From a bacterium (lineage in GTDB: Bacteria; Cyanobacteriota; Vampirovibrionia; Gastranaerophilales; JBAXKC01): a DNA stretch of 64,000 bases. The stretch spans positions 64,001 through 128,000 of the forward strand of contig JBAXKC010000001.1 in the NCBI GenBank assembly GCA_037137535.1, read 5' to 3'. This document shows positions 29,775 through 40,779 of this stretch, piece after piece. The notes beneath the pieces are model-generated. The model ran no database searches, had not been told where the DNA came from, and saw nothing but the letters and a program-made list of their open reading frames with translations. A program made the position numbers and the translations under genes. Numbering within the stretch: position 1 is the first letter of the stretch; the number at the start of each line of letters is the position of its first letter.

Positions 29775-30812
29775 CTATTTCCAAATATTGTCTTCAGACA
29801 TATATTCTTGCTTCCAGCCAGCACTGCCAAGTCGTGTTTTTGCCCACATATTATTGCCTAAGTAGTCTTGAACAATATTACGTTCACTTAGCAAGAAATG
29901 ACCGTCAGGCTGTTTATAAATCACTTCTGCGGTTAAGATACGATAAGTAATTATACCGTACTCATTACGATGTATTGTCCAGTCACTATCAATAAGGATA
30001 ACTCTTTTAACAATACCCTCATATGCCATCAAAGCTTTTATTTCAGCTTCCAGCTTAGGATTTTTTTGTCCTGCTTTGTCTGGAATTACAGCGTTATATT
30101 CAGATTTATTAATCAAACTTGCCAGATTCTGCCATTTTGCAAAATTCTGACCGCTTAAATCCCACTTAATACTGGTTGAAGCAACTTCATCAATATTTCC
30201 ATACTCATAATAAACTTCAAATTTTACAGTATAAACTTTAGGGGCTAGCTTATAATAAGTATCTTCTTTTATCGCAAAAACTCTGTTTCTTAAATTAACT
30301 GTTTCTTCCCAAGGCTCTATAGTTTTATCGGTAGGGTCAACCCAAATTCTAAATGAGGTTTCCTTTTCTTTAGCTACATCTTTAACATATTCATCAGAAT
30401 CGCCCAGTTTTTTATCGCCATCATAAATAGCAACATTTACACGAATTTTCTGCATATCAGCAGGCTTATCGGTTGTATTAAAAGCCTGTTCAAAGGTTTT
30501 ATTATTTTTTGCATAAACAGCTAAAGAAACCGACATCCCCGGTGTAAATGAATTTATAAGAGCCTTGGACTTTGTGTCAAAAACTTCAATTTCACCACCG
30601 CTAAGTTTTTTAGCCACATTTTTTATGACTTCATTATGAGTATAATTAGATGGTGAAGTATACGTAGATGGTGATGTCATTTGACTTGCTTGATTTACCG
30701 CATCTTTTGCCTTGTTAAGAAAGGATTGAGGATCAAAAGCAAATGAAGTTGAACACATTGTTGAAAATAACAATAAAGATGAAATAATGATAGAGGATAT
30801 GTTTTTTTTCAT
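29775..30812 (-). CDS. Exported hypothetical protein
   Basis: Signal peptide ending SFA-FD; 345-aa ORF. Confidence 0.75.
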   Translation of the reverse strand: MKKNISSIIISSLLLFSTMCSTSFAFDPQSFLNKAKDAVNQASQMTSPSTYTSPSNYTHNEVIKNVAKKLSGGEIEVFDTKSKALINSFTPGMSVSLAVYAKNNKTFEQAFNTTDKPADMQKIRVNVAIYDGDKKLGDSDEYVKDVAKEKETSFRIWVDPTDKTIEPWEETVNLRNRVFAIKEDTYYKLAPKVYTVKFEVYYEYGNIDEVASTSIKWDLSGQNFAKWQNLASLINKSEYNAVIPDKAGQKNPKLEAEIKALMAYEGIVKRVILIDSDWTIHRNEYGIITYRILTAEVIYKQPDGHFLLSERNIVQDYLGNNMWAKTRLGSAGWKQEYMSEDNIWK

Positions 30813-30905
30813 AAAAATCTAAAATCCTTATTTTAATAACCTTTATAATAAAAAATGCGAGACAAATTTTAAATTGACACCGCATTTTTTAAATTTTTAT
30901 ATTAA

Positions 30906-31814
30906 CTAACCTTTTAAAGCATTTGCTCCGCTTACTACTTCAAGAAGTTCCTGAGTAATACTAGATTGCCTTGCTTTATTGTAAATGAGTGAAAGTTTAT
31001 GAATCATCTCTGAAGCGTTTTTGGTTGCAGCTGCCATCGCTGTCATTCTTGCAGCCAATTCACTTGCAGCAGACTCTAATAAAGACTGATACACTCTGTT
31101 TGAAAGGTAAAGAGGAACTATTTTACTCAATACATCTTCAGGAGAAGGTTCAAATAACATTTCTTCCTGAATAATATTTTCTTTTTTCTCTTGAGAGACC
31201 TCAACAGGAAGTAATTGAAAATTTTGAACTTCAAAAGACATCAATGACTTAAACTTAGTAGTAATAACTTCAATTTTATCAATTTCAGCTTTTACATACG
31301 CTTCCGCAATATCCTCAACAATAACGCTTCCATTGCTTACCGTTGGAATAGCAGGCAACTTTACATAATTATTGATGATTTCATTATCGGTATTCTTTAA
31401 GGCATTTAATCCTTTTTGACCTACTACAAATAATTTAACCTGTAATCCTGACTGTTTAAGTTCTTTAATCCTTGAAACAGCCCTTCTTACGATATTAGCA
31501 TTATATGCACCTGCCAAGCCTTTATCGGAAGTAATTACAAGTAATCCAACCGTTTTAATATCACGCTGAGAAAGTAAAGCAGGATAATTATCTATAGCCA
31601 GTCGAGTTTTCATCTCCTTATTACCAATAACAGGATTAGTTTCCATAACTCTGGTAAAAGCCTTGATAAGCTCTTCAGAATAAGGTTTTGAGGCTTTAAC
31701 AGCATTTTCTGCTTTTTTAACTTTTGCAGCCGCAACCATTCTCATTGCCTGAGTGATTTTTTGGGTATTCTGAACGCTTTTTATTCTTCTTTTGATTTCT
31801 CTTAAATTAGCCAT
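30906..31814 (-). CDS. atpG: ATP synthase F1 gamma subunit
   Basis: MANLREIKRRIKSVQNTQKIT, SDKGLAGAYN, ASELAARM and ARQSSITQE motifs. Confidence 0.97.
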   Translation of the reverse strand: MANLREIKRRIKSVQNTQKITQAMRMVAAAKVKKAENAVKASKPYSEELIKAFTRVMETNPVIGNKEMKTRLAIDNYPALLSQRDIKTVGLLVITSDKGLAGAYNANIVRRAVSRIKELKQSGLQVKLFVVGQKGLNALKNTDNEIINNYVKLPAIPTVSNGSVIVEDIAEAYVKAEIDKIEVITTKFKSLMSFEVQNFQLLPVEVSQEKKENIIQEEMLFEPSPEDVLSKIVPLYLSNRVYQSLLESAASELAARMTAMAAATKNASEMIHKLSLIYNKARQSSITQELLEVVSGANALKG

Positions 31815-31823
31815 TATAACCCC

Positions 31824-33353
31824 TTAGCATGCAGTTAAAGCAAATAAATTATCTCTAAATTTAGAAAATTCGTCAGATAAAAGCTTTTGATTTTCTTCAC
31901 TAACTTTTGCTCCGGTATTAAATACTTTTTCAAGATCTTTAAGCTGAGTTGACAGATAACCGAACCAACTTTCTTTTAATTTAGCAATATCGTCATTCTC
32001 AACGCAATCTAACAATCCCATATTTACTGCAAAAAGCATTGTATATTGCTGAGCAACACTTAAAGGACTGAATTGAGGCTGTTTTAATACTTCAATAAGT
32101 TTTTGACCTCTTTTTAACTGATCCTGAGTAGCTTTATCAAGATCGCTTGCAAATTGAGCAAACGCTTCAAGCTCTCTGAACTGAGCTAAATCTAATCTTA
32201 ACTTACCTGCAACTGACTTAACAGCAGAAGTTTGAGCCGCACCACCAACCCTTGATACCGAAATACCAGCGTTAATAGCAGGACGAACACCTGAGTTAAA
32301 TAAATCTGAATCTAAGAAGATCTGACCGTCAGTAATACTGATTACGTTTGTAGGAATATAAGCAGAAACGTCACCAGCTTGTGTTTCAATAATCGGAAGA
32401 GCTGTAATACTTCCTGCTCCAAGTTTATCAGAAAGTTTAGCCGCTCTTTCAAGTAATCTTGAGTGAAGATAGAAAACATCACCCGGATAAGCTTCTCTGC
32501 CCGGAGGTCTTTTAAGAAGCAAACTCATAGCTCTATAAGCCCAAGCATGCTTTGTAAGGTCATCATATATAATTAATACATGTTTACCCTGTTCCATAAA
32601 CTCTTCTGCCATTGTGACTCCGGCAAAAGGAGCTAAATATTGAATAGGAGCGCTATCATTAGCAGGAGCGGTAACGATGATAGTATAATCCATCGCACCT
32701 TGTTCTTCTAATATTTTAGCAACCTGTGCTACGGTACTTGTTCTTTGACCTATAGCAACGTAAACACATATAACGTCAGTATTTTTCTGATTAAGTATGG
32801 TATCAATAGCGATAGCGGTTTTACCCGTTTGTCTGTCGCCGATAATTAACTCCCTTTGTCCTCTACCGATTGGGGTTAGAGCATCAATTGAAGTTAATCC
32901 TGTTTGCAGAGGCTGATGAACTGATTTTCTGCTAACAATACCCGGAGCTACTCTTTCTACAGGGCTGTATTTGTCTGTAGCAATTGCTCCTTTTCCGTCA
33001 ACAGGTTCACCAAGAGGATTTACAATCCTGCCGATAAGCGCATCACCAACCGGAACGGATGCAATTCTACCTGTTGTTTTAGCTGTCATTCCTTCTTTAA
33101 TGAATTTAAATTCACCAAATATAACAGCGCCAACGTGGTCTTCTTCAAGGTTTAATACCATCCCGATTGTGCCATGACCGTCATTGAACTCGATAAGTTC
33201 ACTGGACATAGCATTTTTTAGGCCATATAACCTTGCAATACCATCACCAACCTCGATTACAGTACCAACATTTGATACTTCGAGTGTTGTCTGGTAATTT
33301 TGTATTTTGCTTTTAATGATGGAGCTTATCTCATCAGGTCTCATTGTTGTCAT
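31824..33353 (-). CDS. atpA: ATP synthase F1 alpha subunit
   Basis: GDRQTGKT and [28 protein letters not shown] motifs. Confidence 0.98.
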   Translation of the reverse strand: MTTMRPDEISSIIKSKIQNYQTTLEVSNVGTVIEVGDGIARLYGLKNAMSSELIEFNDGHGTIGMVLNLEEDHVGAVIFGEFKFIKEGMTAKTTGRIASVPVGDALIGRIVNPLGEPVDGKGAIATDKYSPVERVAPGIVSRKSVHQPLQTGLTSIDALTPIGRGQRELIIGDRQTGKTAIAIDTILNQKNTDVICVYVAIGQRTSTVAQVAKILEEQGAMDYTIIVTAPANDSAPIQYLAPFAGVTMAEEFMEQGKHVLIIYDDLTKHAWAYRAMSLLLKRPPGREAYPGDVFYLHSRLLERAAKLSDKLGAGSITALPIIETQAGDVSAYIPTNVISITDGQIFLDSDLFNSGVRPAINAGISVSRVGGAAQTSAVKSVAGKLRLDLAQFRELEAFAQFASDLDKATQDQLKRGQKLIEVLKQPQFSPLSVAQQYTMLFAVNMGLLDCVENDDIAKLKESWFGYLSTQLKDLEKVFNTGAKVSEENQKLLSDEFSKFRDNLFALTAC

Positions 33354-33367
33354 ACAGTCATCCTCTG

Positions 33368-33919
33368 CTAAATAAACTGATTTTTCATTTTATTAAGTCT
33401 GTTTTTCACGCTGCCGTCAATGACTTTATCTTCTATTTTTACGATAACTCCGGCAATGATATCTTTATCTACTTTAAAACTCACTTCCAGCGTTTTCTTA
33501 TAAAGAATTTCCAGCTTTTGTTTGATTCTCGATAAAGTTTCTTCATCAAGCTGAATGGCCGCAACCACAACAGCCTCAAGAATATTTTTCTTTTTGTTTA
33601 ACTGCTTATGATAAATATTTGCAAGTGATTGCAAAATAAAGACTCTATTTCTATCTATAAGCAACTTTAAAGTATTTAGAATAAATTCAGTAATTTGTGC
33701 ATTAAAAATAGCATCAATTACGTCTTTTTTGTCGGCATGGCTAACTTCAGGATGTCCTAAAAACTCCGAAAGTTCATTATTTTCGTTAATTGTTTGTTTT
33801 ATGACCTCAAGGTCCTTGTCAAATTGTTCCAACAGAGAATTTTGCTCTCCCAGCTCGATAAGAGCTTTTGCATATCTCTCTGCTATTGTTGAAACACCGC
33901 CAAAATATTCATTACTCAT
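33368..33919 (-). CDS. atpH: ATP synthase F1 delta subunit
   Basis: IAERYAKAL...[17 protein letters not shown]; operon position. Confidence 0.95.
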   Translation of the reverse strand: MSNEYFGGVSTIAERYAKALIELGEQNSLLEQFDKDLEVIKQTINENNELSEFLGHPEVSHADKKDVIDAIFNAQITEFILNTLKLLIDRNRVFILQSLANIYHKQLNKKKNILEAVVVAAIQLDEETLSRIKQKLEILYKKTLEVSFKVDKDIIAGVIVKIEDKVIDGSVKNRLNKMKNQFI

Positions 33920-33923
33920 ATGC

Positions 33924-34496
33924 CTATGCCTTTAAATTATCCAAATTCTCGATGAACTCGTCTACAAACTTTTTATGAAGTCTTTCTCCATCTGTTTCTA
34001 TAGTTTTTCTAACATGCTCTTCAGCAATAGTTAAAGCAACTTTTGAAACATCGTTTGAAAGTTTTACAAAAGCCTTATTTTTATCTGCTTCAATAGATCT
34101 TTTCGACTTTTCCGCAAGATTATCAGCTTCTGAATGAGCTTCATTTATAAGTTTTTCCGATAAAGACTTAGCCACTCCGTCAGCCTCTGTAATAATCTTA
34201 CTGACTTCGTCATCAAGTCTTCTTATCTTTTTTTCCGCACCGTCTAATTCAATTTCTGCCTGAAGTTTTAATTCTTCCGCAGTTTTAATTGAATTAGCAA
34301 TATGTGTTTGTTTTTCACTAATAGCAGCAAAAGGATTAAATTTTCTAATTAAAACTACAAGTATAGCCAATAAAATCAAAAAGTTAAAAACATTTGCGTG
34401 GTATAGATCTTCCATAACACTATGGTGAACAACCTTAACCGCTTCTTCAGAGGCTAAGGCAGGTGCTATTCCTAATACATAATCAAAAATACTCAT
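33924..34496 (-). CDS. atpF: ATP synthase F0 subunit b
   Basis: One TM (NVFNFLILLAIL) followed by coiled coil; operon position. Confidence 0.88.
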   Translation of the reverse strand: MSIFDYVLGIAPALASEEAVKVVHHSVMEDLYHANVFNFLILLAILVVLIRKFNPFAAISEKQTHIANSIKTAEELKLQAEIELDGAEKKIRRLDDEVSKIITEADGVAKSLSEKLINEAHSEADNLAEKSKRSIEADKNKAFVKLSNDVSKVALTIAEEHVRKTIETDGERLHKKFVDEFIENLDNLKA

Positions 34497-34501
34497 TATA
34501 C

Positions 34502-34972
34502 TTACCCGTTCAACGCATTATCAATAATTTCGGGCGAAACACTCAGGGGAATTTCTTCTCCGAGTATTTTTGCAGAAATATCCTGAGCCAGCGAAATAAC
34601 CTGTGGCTTCAACTGTTCTCTGACTTCATCTGTTTGTTTCTTTGTCTTTTCTTTTGCTTCATCAATTTCTTTTGCAAACTGATCAGAAACTTTTTTAATG
34701 ATAGCCATTTTTTCTTCTGAAGCTTTTTTGGTTTTTTCAAAAAGAGCAGCATTTGCTTCTTTTTTAGTTTTAGATATTTCTTTTTTATAGTCGTCTAAAA
34801 GTTGATCAGTTCTTTCTTTTGAATCTTTTGCCTTTTGCATATTATTTTCAATGTACTCTTTTCTTGTTTCTCTAACAGAGGAAAGAGGTCCATAGAAAAC
34901 TTTCTGCATTAAAAACATAAAGAATAAAAAGCTTAAAACCATCAATATCAGTGTGCCGTTAATATCAAGCAT
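34502..34972 (-). CDS. ATP synthase F0 subunit b'
   Basis: MLDINGTLILMVLSFL..FYGPL, the cyanobacterial-type b' N-terminus. Confidence 0.88.
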   Translation of the reverse strand: MLDINGTLILMVLSFLFFMFLMQKVFYGPLSSVRETRKEYIENNMQKAKDSKERTDQLLDDYKKEISKTKKEANAALFEKTKKASEEKMAIIKKVSDQFAKEIDEAKEKTKKQTDEVREQLKPQVISLAQDISAKILGEEIPLSVSPEIIDNALNG

Positions 34973-35000
34973 TTGCTTATTACCCGTCTAAATTAATAAA

Positions 35001-35243
35001 TTAAGCGCCGAATACATATTTTCCAAGAAGAATAAATACGATTACAAGAGCATAAAGAGCTAACGCTTCCATAAACGCCAAACCGATAAACATAAGTGTG
35101 CTTGCTTTTTTCTCAATTTCAGGCTGACGAGCTGTAGCGTCAATAGCTGCCGCAACTGCTGTTCCCATACCGATACCGGGGCCGATAGCCGCTAGTCCAA
35201 CTGCAAGACCCATTGCGATAAGTGCTGCTGATTTTGGTTCCAT
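35001..35243 (-). CDS. atpE: ATP synthase F0 subunit c
   Basis: IGPGIGMG, ARQPE and FMEALALY motifs. Confidence 0.96.
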   Translation of the reverse strand: MEPKSAALIAMGLAVGLAAIGPGIGMGTAVAAAIDATARQPEIEKKASTLMFIGLAFMEALALYALVIVFILLGKYVFGA

Positions 35244-35296
35244 GTTAATTTCTCCTTTATCAAAGTTAACCCAAATTGTGTAAATAAATACTATTT

Positions 35297-36040
35297 TTAG
35301 TGATCTTCCGCTAATGCACCACCAATATAGGAAGCAGCAAGAACAGAGAAAATGAATGCCTGGATAAATGCGACAAATAACTCAAAAAGCATCATCGGAA
35401 CATCCAAACCGATAGGGAATAAACCGATTAAAACCATTATAATGATTTCGCCTGCCAATATGTTGGCAAAAAGCCTGACTGCCAGCGATAACGGTCTTGT
35501 AAAATCTTCCATAAAAATTAACGGAGCCATAATCCAGATTGGCTGAAAATAATGTTTAAAATAGCCAATTCCTTTTTTAGCAATACCTGAACCTAAGTAA
35601 ACAATAGAAACAATAATTGCTAAAGCGGCTGTTACGTTAATGTCGTTTGTCGGAGAAGCAAAGTCACCTTGTTTTAAGTGGTATAACTTTAAAGGTAATT
35701 CTCCCAACAGATTTGAAAAAAGAATAAACAAAAATAAAGATCCGATTAACGGAACAAATCTTTTGCTTTCTTTCCCTATTTGATCCCTAGTTAAACCTTC
35801 AACAAAATCCATAATCATCTCGGCAAAAGCCTGTAAACCATCAGGAATTCTAGTTAGTCTTCTTGTAATGATAAATCCAAACACGACTAAAACTGCCATT
35901 ACTGTCCAGGCAGCGATAAGTGTATCCATATTTACATTCAAAAATGACTTAAAAGGTTTTAACGGTTCAAGATAAGGAGCTACGTCTTTAATGTAAGGTG
36001 ATAGGTTTTCTACCCAGTGTTTTCCGAATTCAAGCTCCAT
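35297..36040 (-). CDS. atpB: ATP synthase F0 subunit a
   Basis: SPTNDIN, RPLSLAVRLFANILAGE and IQAFIF motifs. Confidence 0.96.
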   Translation of the reverse strand: MELEFGKHWVENLSPYIKDVAPYLEPLKPFKSFLNVNMDTLIAAWTVMAVLVVFGFIITRRLTRIPDGLQAFAEMIMDFVEGLTRDQIGKESKRFVPLIGSLFLFILFSNLLGELPLKLYHLKQGDFASPTNDINVTAALAIIVSIVYLGSGIAKKGIGYFKHYFQPIWIMAPLIFMEDFTRPLSLAVRLFANILAGEIIIMVLIGLFPIGLDVPMMLFELFVAFIQAFIFSVLAASYIGGALAEDH

Positions 36041-36182
36041 AAGGTTATGACCCTCTCGGCATTAAATACTAACCATTAACATGACTTTACGTCTTTGTTA
36101 TTAATAGCATAAATTTTAAAGTTAGAATACATTTATTAAAAAAAATAATATTTTTAAACTATGGTAAAACCATTACTAAAAT

Positions 36183-36350
36183 TCACTTGATATATTTTTT
36201 ATAAACGGCATACACACCGACAAAAAAACCGAAAAAGGACGAAACAATAGAAATAATAGGAAATTTCAAACCAAAACTTTTATCAATTAAAGAGCCTGCA
36301 AAAAATCCGATAATAATCGGGCCAAGAAGAGTAAAAGAAATATCTAACAT
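36183..36350 (-). CDS. AtpZ/AtpI-family (ATPase gene 1) small membrane protein
   Basis: Not in ORF track. Manual translation MLDISFTLLGPIIIGFFAGSLIDKSFGLKFPIISIVSSFFGFFVGVYAVYKKYIK* has two TMs and the G...G..ID pattern; lies upstream of atpB. Confidence 0.75.
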   Translation of the reverse strand: MLDISFTLLGPIIIGFFAGSLIDKSFGLKFPIISIVSSFFGFFVGVYAVYKKYIK

Positions 36351-36433
36351 ATAATTTTGCCAAATTCCAAATTTAATATATTATAGAATTATAATATAAA
36401 ATTATTTAGACAAATATTACTGTAAGGGAAAAA

Positions 36434-37768
36434 ATGAAAGAAGCGTCTCAAAATCCAAATGAGCTAAATATCCTTTATAATGACACGATATTAGAGAATA
36501 AAACCCTTAAAGAAGGGCTGCAATCTCTTTCAACAATTTTAAACACATCTCAATCATCTCATAATATATTTGAAAATTTGTTGTTAAAAATTAAAGAAGT
36601 TATTCAATACGATAAAGCTTTTGTAATATTTCTTAATGGAGACAATCTGGAGTTAAAATATTCCGCAGGTGTTGATAAAGAATTCAACTTTGAAATTAAA
36701 GATGGAAACAAAAAATTATTAAAACTTTTGAATAATGGAAATGATGTTTATCTTTCAACAATATTTCCTGAATTAACACAAGATTCAACAGAAGAGCGTT
36801 CTTTTCTGATTGCTCCTTTATCAATTAGAGGGACTAAATTTGGTGCAGTTATTTTAATAAAAGACACTGCTGATTATTATGACGCAACGTCAAAAACATT
36901 ACTTTATGCCCTTTCTGAAGCGGCATCATACGCGATAAAAGATGCAGAGCTTTCCTCTGTGTTTAAAATGCAACTAAAAATATTAAAAGAAAATATTGCA
37001 GAAAAAGCTAAAGCTTATGAAACTATAAAAATTCAGAATGAAAAAATACTTGAAGCAGACAGAGTAAAAAACGAATTTCTGGCAAATATGTCACATGAGC
37101 TAAGAACACCTCTTAATGCTATCATTGGTTTCTCTGAGGCATTATCTTTAGAAATTTTTGGCGTATTAAATGAAAAACAATCAGAATACATAAACGACAT
37201 ACACTCAAGCGGAGTTCATCTTCTTGGAATGATTAACGACCTGCTTGATCTCTCTAAACTGGAAGCAAAAAAGATATATCTTAATAGAAAAAACTTAATA
37301 ATATTCGATATTGTTGTTGAATCAGTAAATATAATAAAAGCTATTGCCAACAAAAAAAATATCGAAATAGAAATCATCTGCAATAACAAAAATATAGAAG
37401 TTTTTGCAGATCAGACAAAATTAACGCAAATTATTTATAATTTATTGAGCAATTCAATAAAATTTTCACCTGATAATAGCAAAATAACTGTTGAAATAAG
37501 CTCTAACTCAAATGACTTAATAGAAGTTAAAATTAGTGATCAAGGGATAGGAATAGATCCTGAATTTCATGAAAAAATATTTGAAAAATTTCAGCAGGTT
37601 GACTCTTCCTTAACAAGGTCACAGGGCAGTACAGGTTTAGGATTAACGATAACAAAAGAACTTGTAGAATTGCATGGCGGAAATATAACAGTAGAAAGCC
37701 AAAAAGACAGCGGAGCTACTTTTATTTTCACATTGCCGTTTAAGAAGGATGAAACAAGTGAAAACTAA
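36434..37768 (+). CDS. GAF-containing cytoplasmic sensor histidine kinase
   Basis: GAF-like segment (LIAPLSIRGTKFGAV), FLANMSHELRTPLN, NLLSNSIKF and GTGLGL-type boxes. Confidence 0.93.
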   Translation: MKEASQNPNELNILYNDTILENKTLKEGLQSLSTILNTSQSSHNIFENLLLKIKEVIQYDKAFVIFLNGDNLELKYSAGVDKEFNFEIKDGNKKLLKLLNNGNDVYLSTIFPELTQDSTEERSFLIAPLSIRGTKFGAVILIKDTADYYDATSKTLLYALSEAASYAIKDAELSSVFKMQLKILKENIAEKAKAYETIKIQNEKILEADRVKNEFLANMSHELRTPLNAIIGFSEALSLEIFGVLNEKQSEYINDIHSSGVHLLGMINDLLDLSKLEAKKIYLNRKNLIIFDIVVESVNIIKAIANKKNIEIEIICNNKNIEVFADQTKLTQIIYNLLSNSIKFSPDNSKITVEISSNSNDLIEVKISDQGIGIDPEFHEKIFEKFQQVDSSLTRSQGSTGLGLTITKELVELHGGNITVESQKDSGATFIFTLPFKKDETSEN

Positions 37769-38138
37769 ACATAAAATCCTGATAGCTGAAGATAATGTAA
37801 GCAATATGAAACTTTTAAGGGATGTTCTTGAACATCAAGGCTTTGAAGTCATTGAAACTTATGACGGAAAACAAGCTCTTCATAAAATAAAAGAATTAAA
37901 TACACAAATAAGTCTCATATTAATGGATATTCAGCTTCCTGAAATAAACGGCATTGAAGTTATAAAAGAAATAAAACAAAAAGAAGCAACAAAATATATT
38001 CCTGTTTTTGCAGTTTCAGCCTATGCAATGCAAAATGAAATAAACAAAGCCAATGAAGCAGGATGTGATTGTTATATAACCAAACCGATAAACCTCAAGG
38101 ACTTTGTTATAAAAGTAAAACAAACTATAAAAGATTAA
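37749..38138 (+). CDS. Single-domain response regulator (DivK-like)
   Basis: ILIAEDN, LMDIQLP and YITKPI motifs. Confidence 0.92.
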   Translation: MKQVKTKHKILIAEDNVSNMKLLRDVLEHQGFEVIETYDGKQALHKIKELNTQISLILMDIQLPEINGIEVIKEIKQKEATKYIPVFAVSAYAMQNEINKANEAGCDCYITKPINLKDFVIKVKQTIKD

Positions 38139-38194
38139 AGTATCAGCTTGATTGTTTTAAAATAGCGATGAATATAGTTAATGGGAGAGTCAAA

Positions 38195-38623
38195 ATGCAA
38201 AAAAAGAGCTATGAAGAGCTTAAAGAATGGTTAAAAAAGAAAAAATTTCAAAAAAGAATAGATGAGCTTGCAAAAAAATATAAAGATAAAAAAGTATTAA
38301 TTTATGGAGCAGGTTTATTATCCTCAGTTATTTTTGACGATTATGACCTTTCAAATCTTGATATAATTGGTGTTTCAGACAAACGTTTTTATTCAGGAGA
38401 AGAAACTTACAGAAACTTTAACGCAATTCCTCCCGATGAAATCGAAGATTTAACTCCTGATGCTATAATTATGGCAACATATCATACTTTTGACGTTAAA
38501 AACTTCCTTGAAAACTATGTAGGACTTGAATCCAATAAAAATATTAAGCTCGAGCCAATGGTAAAGAAAAACATCAAAGAAAAAATAGAAGAATTTCTTT
38601 TTGACGTTTCTGTCTCAGCTTAA
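38195..38623 (+). CDS. Rossmann-like hypothetical protein
   Basis: Likely start ATG 38195 (SD GGGAG); KKVLIYGAG...IIGVSD...PDAII pattern. Confidence 0.65.
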   Translation: MQKKSYEELKEWLKKKKFQKRIDELAKKYKDKKVLIYGAGLLSSVIFDDYDLSNLDIIGVSDKRFYSGEETYRNFNAIPPDEIEDLTPDAIIMATYHTFDVKNFLENYVGLESNKNIKLEPMVKKNIKEKIEEFLFDVSVSA

Positions 38624-38627
38624 AATA

Positions 38628-39482
38628 CTATTTGTTTATTTTCAACAAAGATTTATCATATTCAACTATATTAAGTTTTTCGCCCTTTAGTTTTTCTATA
38701 ACTCCATCGAGTTTAAAAACGCTAAGGGCCTTTTTGTATGGAGAACCCAGATATTTTTTTAATACTGTATCAACTTGATTTACAGAGTAAGTAAAATCAG
38801 TTTTAAAATATCTTCTTCTTATTTGCTTCATTTCTTTTACATAAAGTTTATTTAGCTCTTTTTCCTTTGATGAACTTAATCCGCCAAGCTCAAATTTTGA
38901 TATTATCATTGGCAAGTAAATCATCTTTGCATCATGTTTTACTAAAAATCTCGCATTAAGTTCATAATCGGCATAAACTTTAAAACTTTCGTCATGTTTT
39001 CCATACTTTTTAAACAAATCTGCTTTATAAAATACACTTTGCTGACACATGTTAAAACGGCAGAAAGCAGCTTTATACTTAAATCTATTACAACTATAAG
39101 TCTGATCCTTTTCTCTGCTTTCAGTCATAAATAAACAATCGCCAAAGACAAAATCAACATCAGTTTCCTTGAACAAATTAGCCATTCTCTCAAACATAAA
39201 TTCATCATAAATAAGGTCATTTGCATTTAATAAATAGACAATATCACCCGTAACATGGTCAATAGCCTTATTCATAGCATTATAAACCCCTTTATCGGGT
39301 TCGCTTATAAGAACATCTATTTTATCTCTGTATTTATTAACAACTTGAAGTGTATTATCAGTAGAAGCTCCGTCAATTACTATATATTGAATATTTTTAT
39401 AGGTCTGATTTAATGCACTTAATAAAGTTTCTTCAATAGTTTTTTCTGCATTTCTACACACAGTAATTACGGAAATTTTCAT
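38628..39482 (-). CDS. Glycosyltransferase family 2
   Basis: KISVITVCRN, IDGASTDNT, SEPDKGVYNAMNK and ADYE motifs. Confidence 0.93.
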   Translation of the reverse strand: MKISVITVCRNAEKTIEETLLSALNQTYKNIQYIVIDGASTDNTLQVVNKYRDKIDVLISEPDKGVYNAMNKAIDHVTGDIVYLLNANDLIYDEFMFERMANLFKETDVDFVFGDCLFMTESREKDQTYSCNRFKYKAAFCRFNMCQQSVFYKADLFKKYGKHDESFKVYADYELNARFLVKHDAKMIYLPMIISKFELGGLSSSKEKELNKLYVKEMKQIRRRYFKTDFTYSVNQVDTVLKKYLGSPYKKALSVFKLDGVIEKLKGEKLNIVEYDKSLLKINK

Positions 39483-39616
39483 TATTTTATCCTTATAGAA
39501 TCATCTTCGCTCTTTTTAATATCAATTTATTGGAATATTATACTTTATAGTATAACGCTACATGATATACTTAGGAAGATTATTAAGCAAATAGCTTATG
39601 CGGAGTATAAATTAAT

Positions 39617-40774
39617 ATGGCAGATAATAAAGTTTATTACGATTATATCGAAAATTATGACTTAGAGCTTATAAAAGAAACTATTGCTAAAATATTTGAA
39701 GAAGATAAAACTTTTATTGAAAAAATAAAAGCAAAATCGGGTGCAAAAATCTTAATAAAACCAAACCTTTTATCAGCGAGACATCCTGATAAAGCCATAA
39801 CCACTCATCCAGTCGTAATAAAAGCTATCGTTGAATATTTAAGCCCGTTAGATTGCGAAATAATTATCGGCGACTCACCTGCGGGAACTTATAACCAAAA
39901 AATACTTGAAAAACTTTACACTACTTGCGGAATGAGTGAAGTAGCAGATACTACCCGAGCAACGTTAAATTTTGATACAAGTGATGCTCTTGTAAACTTT
40001 GAAAACGGCAAAACCTTAAAGAAAAGTTTAATGCTAAAGCCTGCGGTAGAAGCCGACTTCATAATAAATGCAGCTAAACTTAAAACTCACACATTAACAC
40101 GTCTTACCTGCACCACTAAAAACCTTTTCGGACTGATGCCAGGGGTATTAAAATTTCGTCAACATCTAGCCATGCCCGATTTAACAATATTTGCTCAGAT
40201 GCTTCTTGATATATGCAATTATTTTGAAGATAAAAGCTTTCACTTTGTAGATGGAATCATTGGAATGGAAGGCGAAGGACCAAGCGGAGGAGATCCTAAA
40301 TTTGCAGGAGCAATTCTTGCAGGCTCAAATCCACAAATGGTAGATATTTTAGCCTGTCATATCATGGGAATGGAGATTAACACAGTTCCCACCTTAAAAG
40401 AATTTAAAGGAATAGAAGATATTGAAATCAACAATTTCAAAGAAATCAAAACTTATAATTTCAACCTTCCTCCTGTTATGAGAAGAAGTATCCCTGATAA
40501 AATTCCAAAATTTGTCCAAAATTATTTAACGGAAATTATTGTGCCAAAACCTTTATTTGACCTTAAAACATGTAAAAAATGTAATATCTGCATAGAATCC
40601 TGTCCTGCTGAAATCATATCAATGGAAAATAAAGGACCAAAAATAAAAGACTATAAAAAATGTATCAGATGTTACTGTTGTCAGGAAGGATGTCCTTATC
40701 GTTCTATTCACCTTTCAACGCCGTTAGTAGAACGTATCTTCAAGTTTTTTTATTTAAATAAGAAAAAAGGATAA
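39617..40774 (+). CDS. DUF362 domain protein with two C-terminal 4Fe-4S clusters
   Basis: IKPNLL, TTHP, KLKTH, MEGEGPSGG; CKKCNICIESCP and CIRCYCCQEGCP. Confidence 0.9.
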   Translation: MADNKVYYDYIENYDLELIKETIAKIFEEDKTFIEKIKAKSGAKILIKPNLLSARHPDKAITTHPVVIKAIVEYLSPLDCEIIIGDSPAGTYNQKILEKLYTTCGMSEVADTTRATLNFDTSDALVNFENGKTLKKSLMLKPAVEADFIINAAKLKTHTLTRLTCTTKNLFGLMPGVLKFRQHLAMPDLTIFAQMLLDICNYFEDKSFHFVDGIIGMEGEGPSGGDPKFAGAILAGSNPQMVDILACHIMGMEINTVPTLKEFKGIEDIEINNFKEIKTYNFNLPPVMRRSIPDKIPKFVQNYLTEIIVPKPLFDLKTCKKCNICIESCPAEIISMENKGPKIKDYKKCIRCYCCQEGCPYRSIHLSTPLVERIFKFFYLNKKKG

Positions 40775-40779
40775 TATAA

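Noticed and set aside
35001-35243. Sodium-coupled ATP synthase
   Set aside because: Subunit c lacks the Gln and Ser/Thr sodium ligands (GIGMG, EAL).
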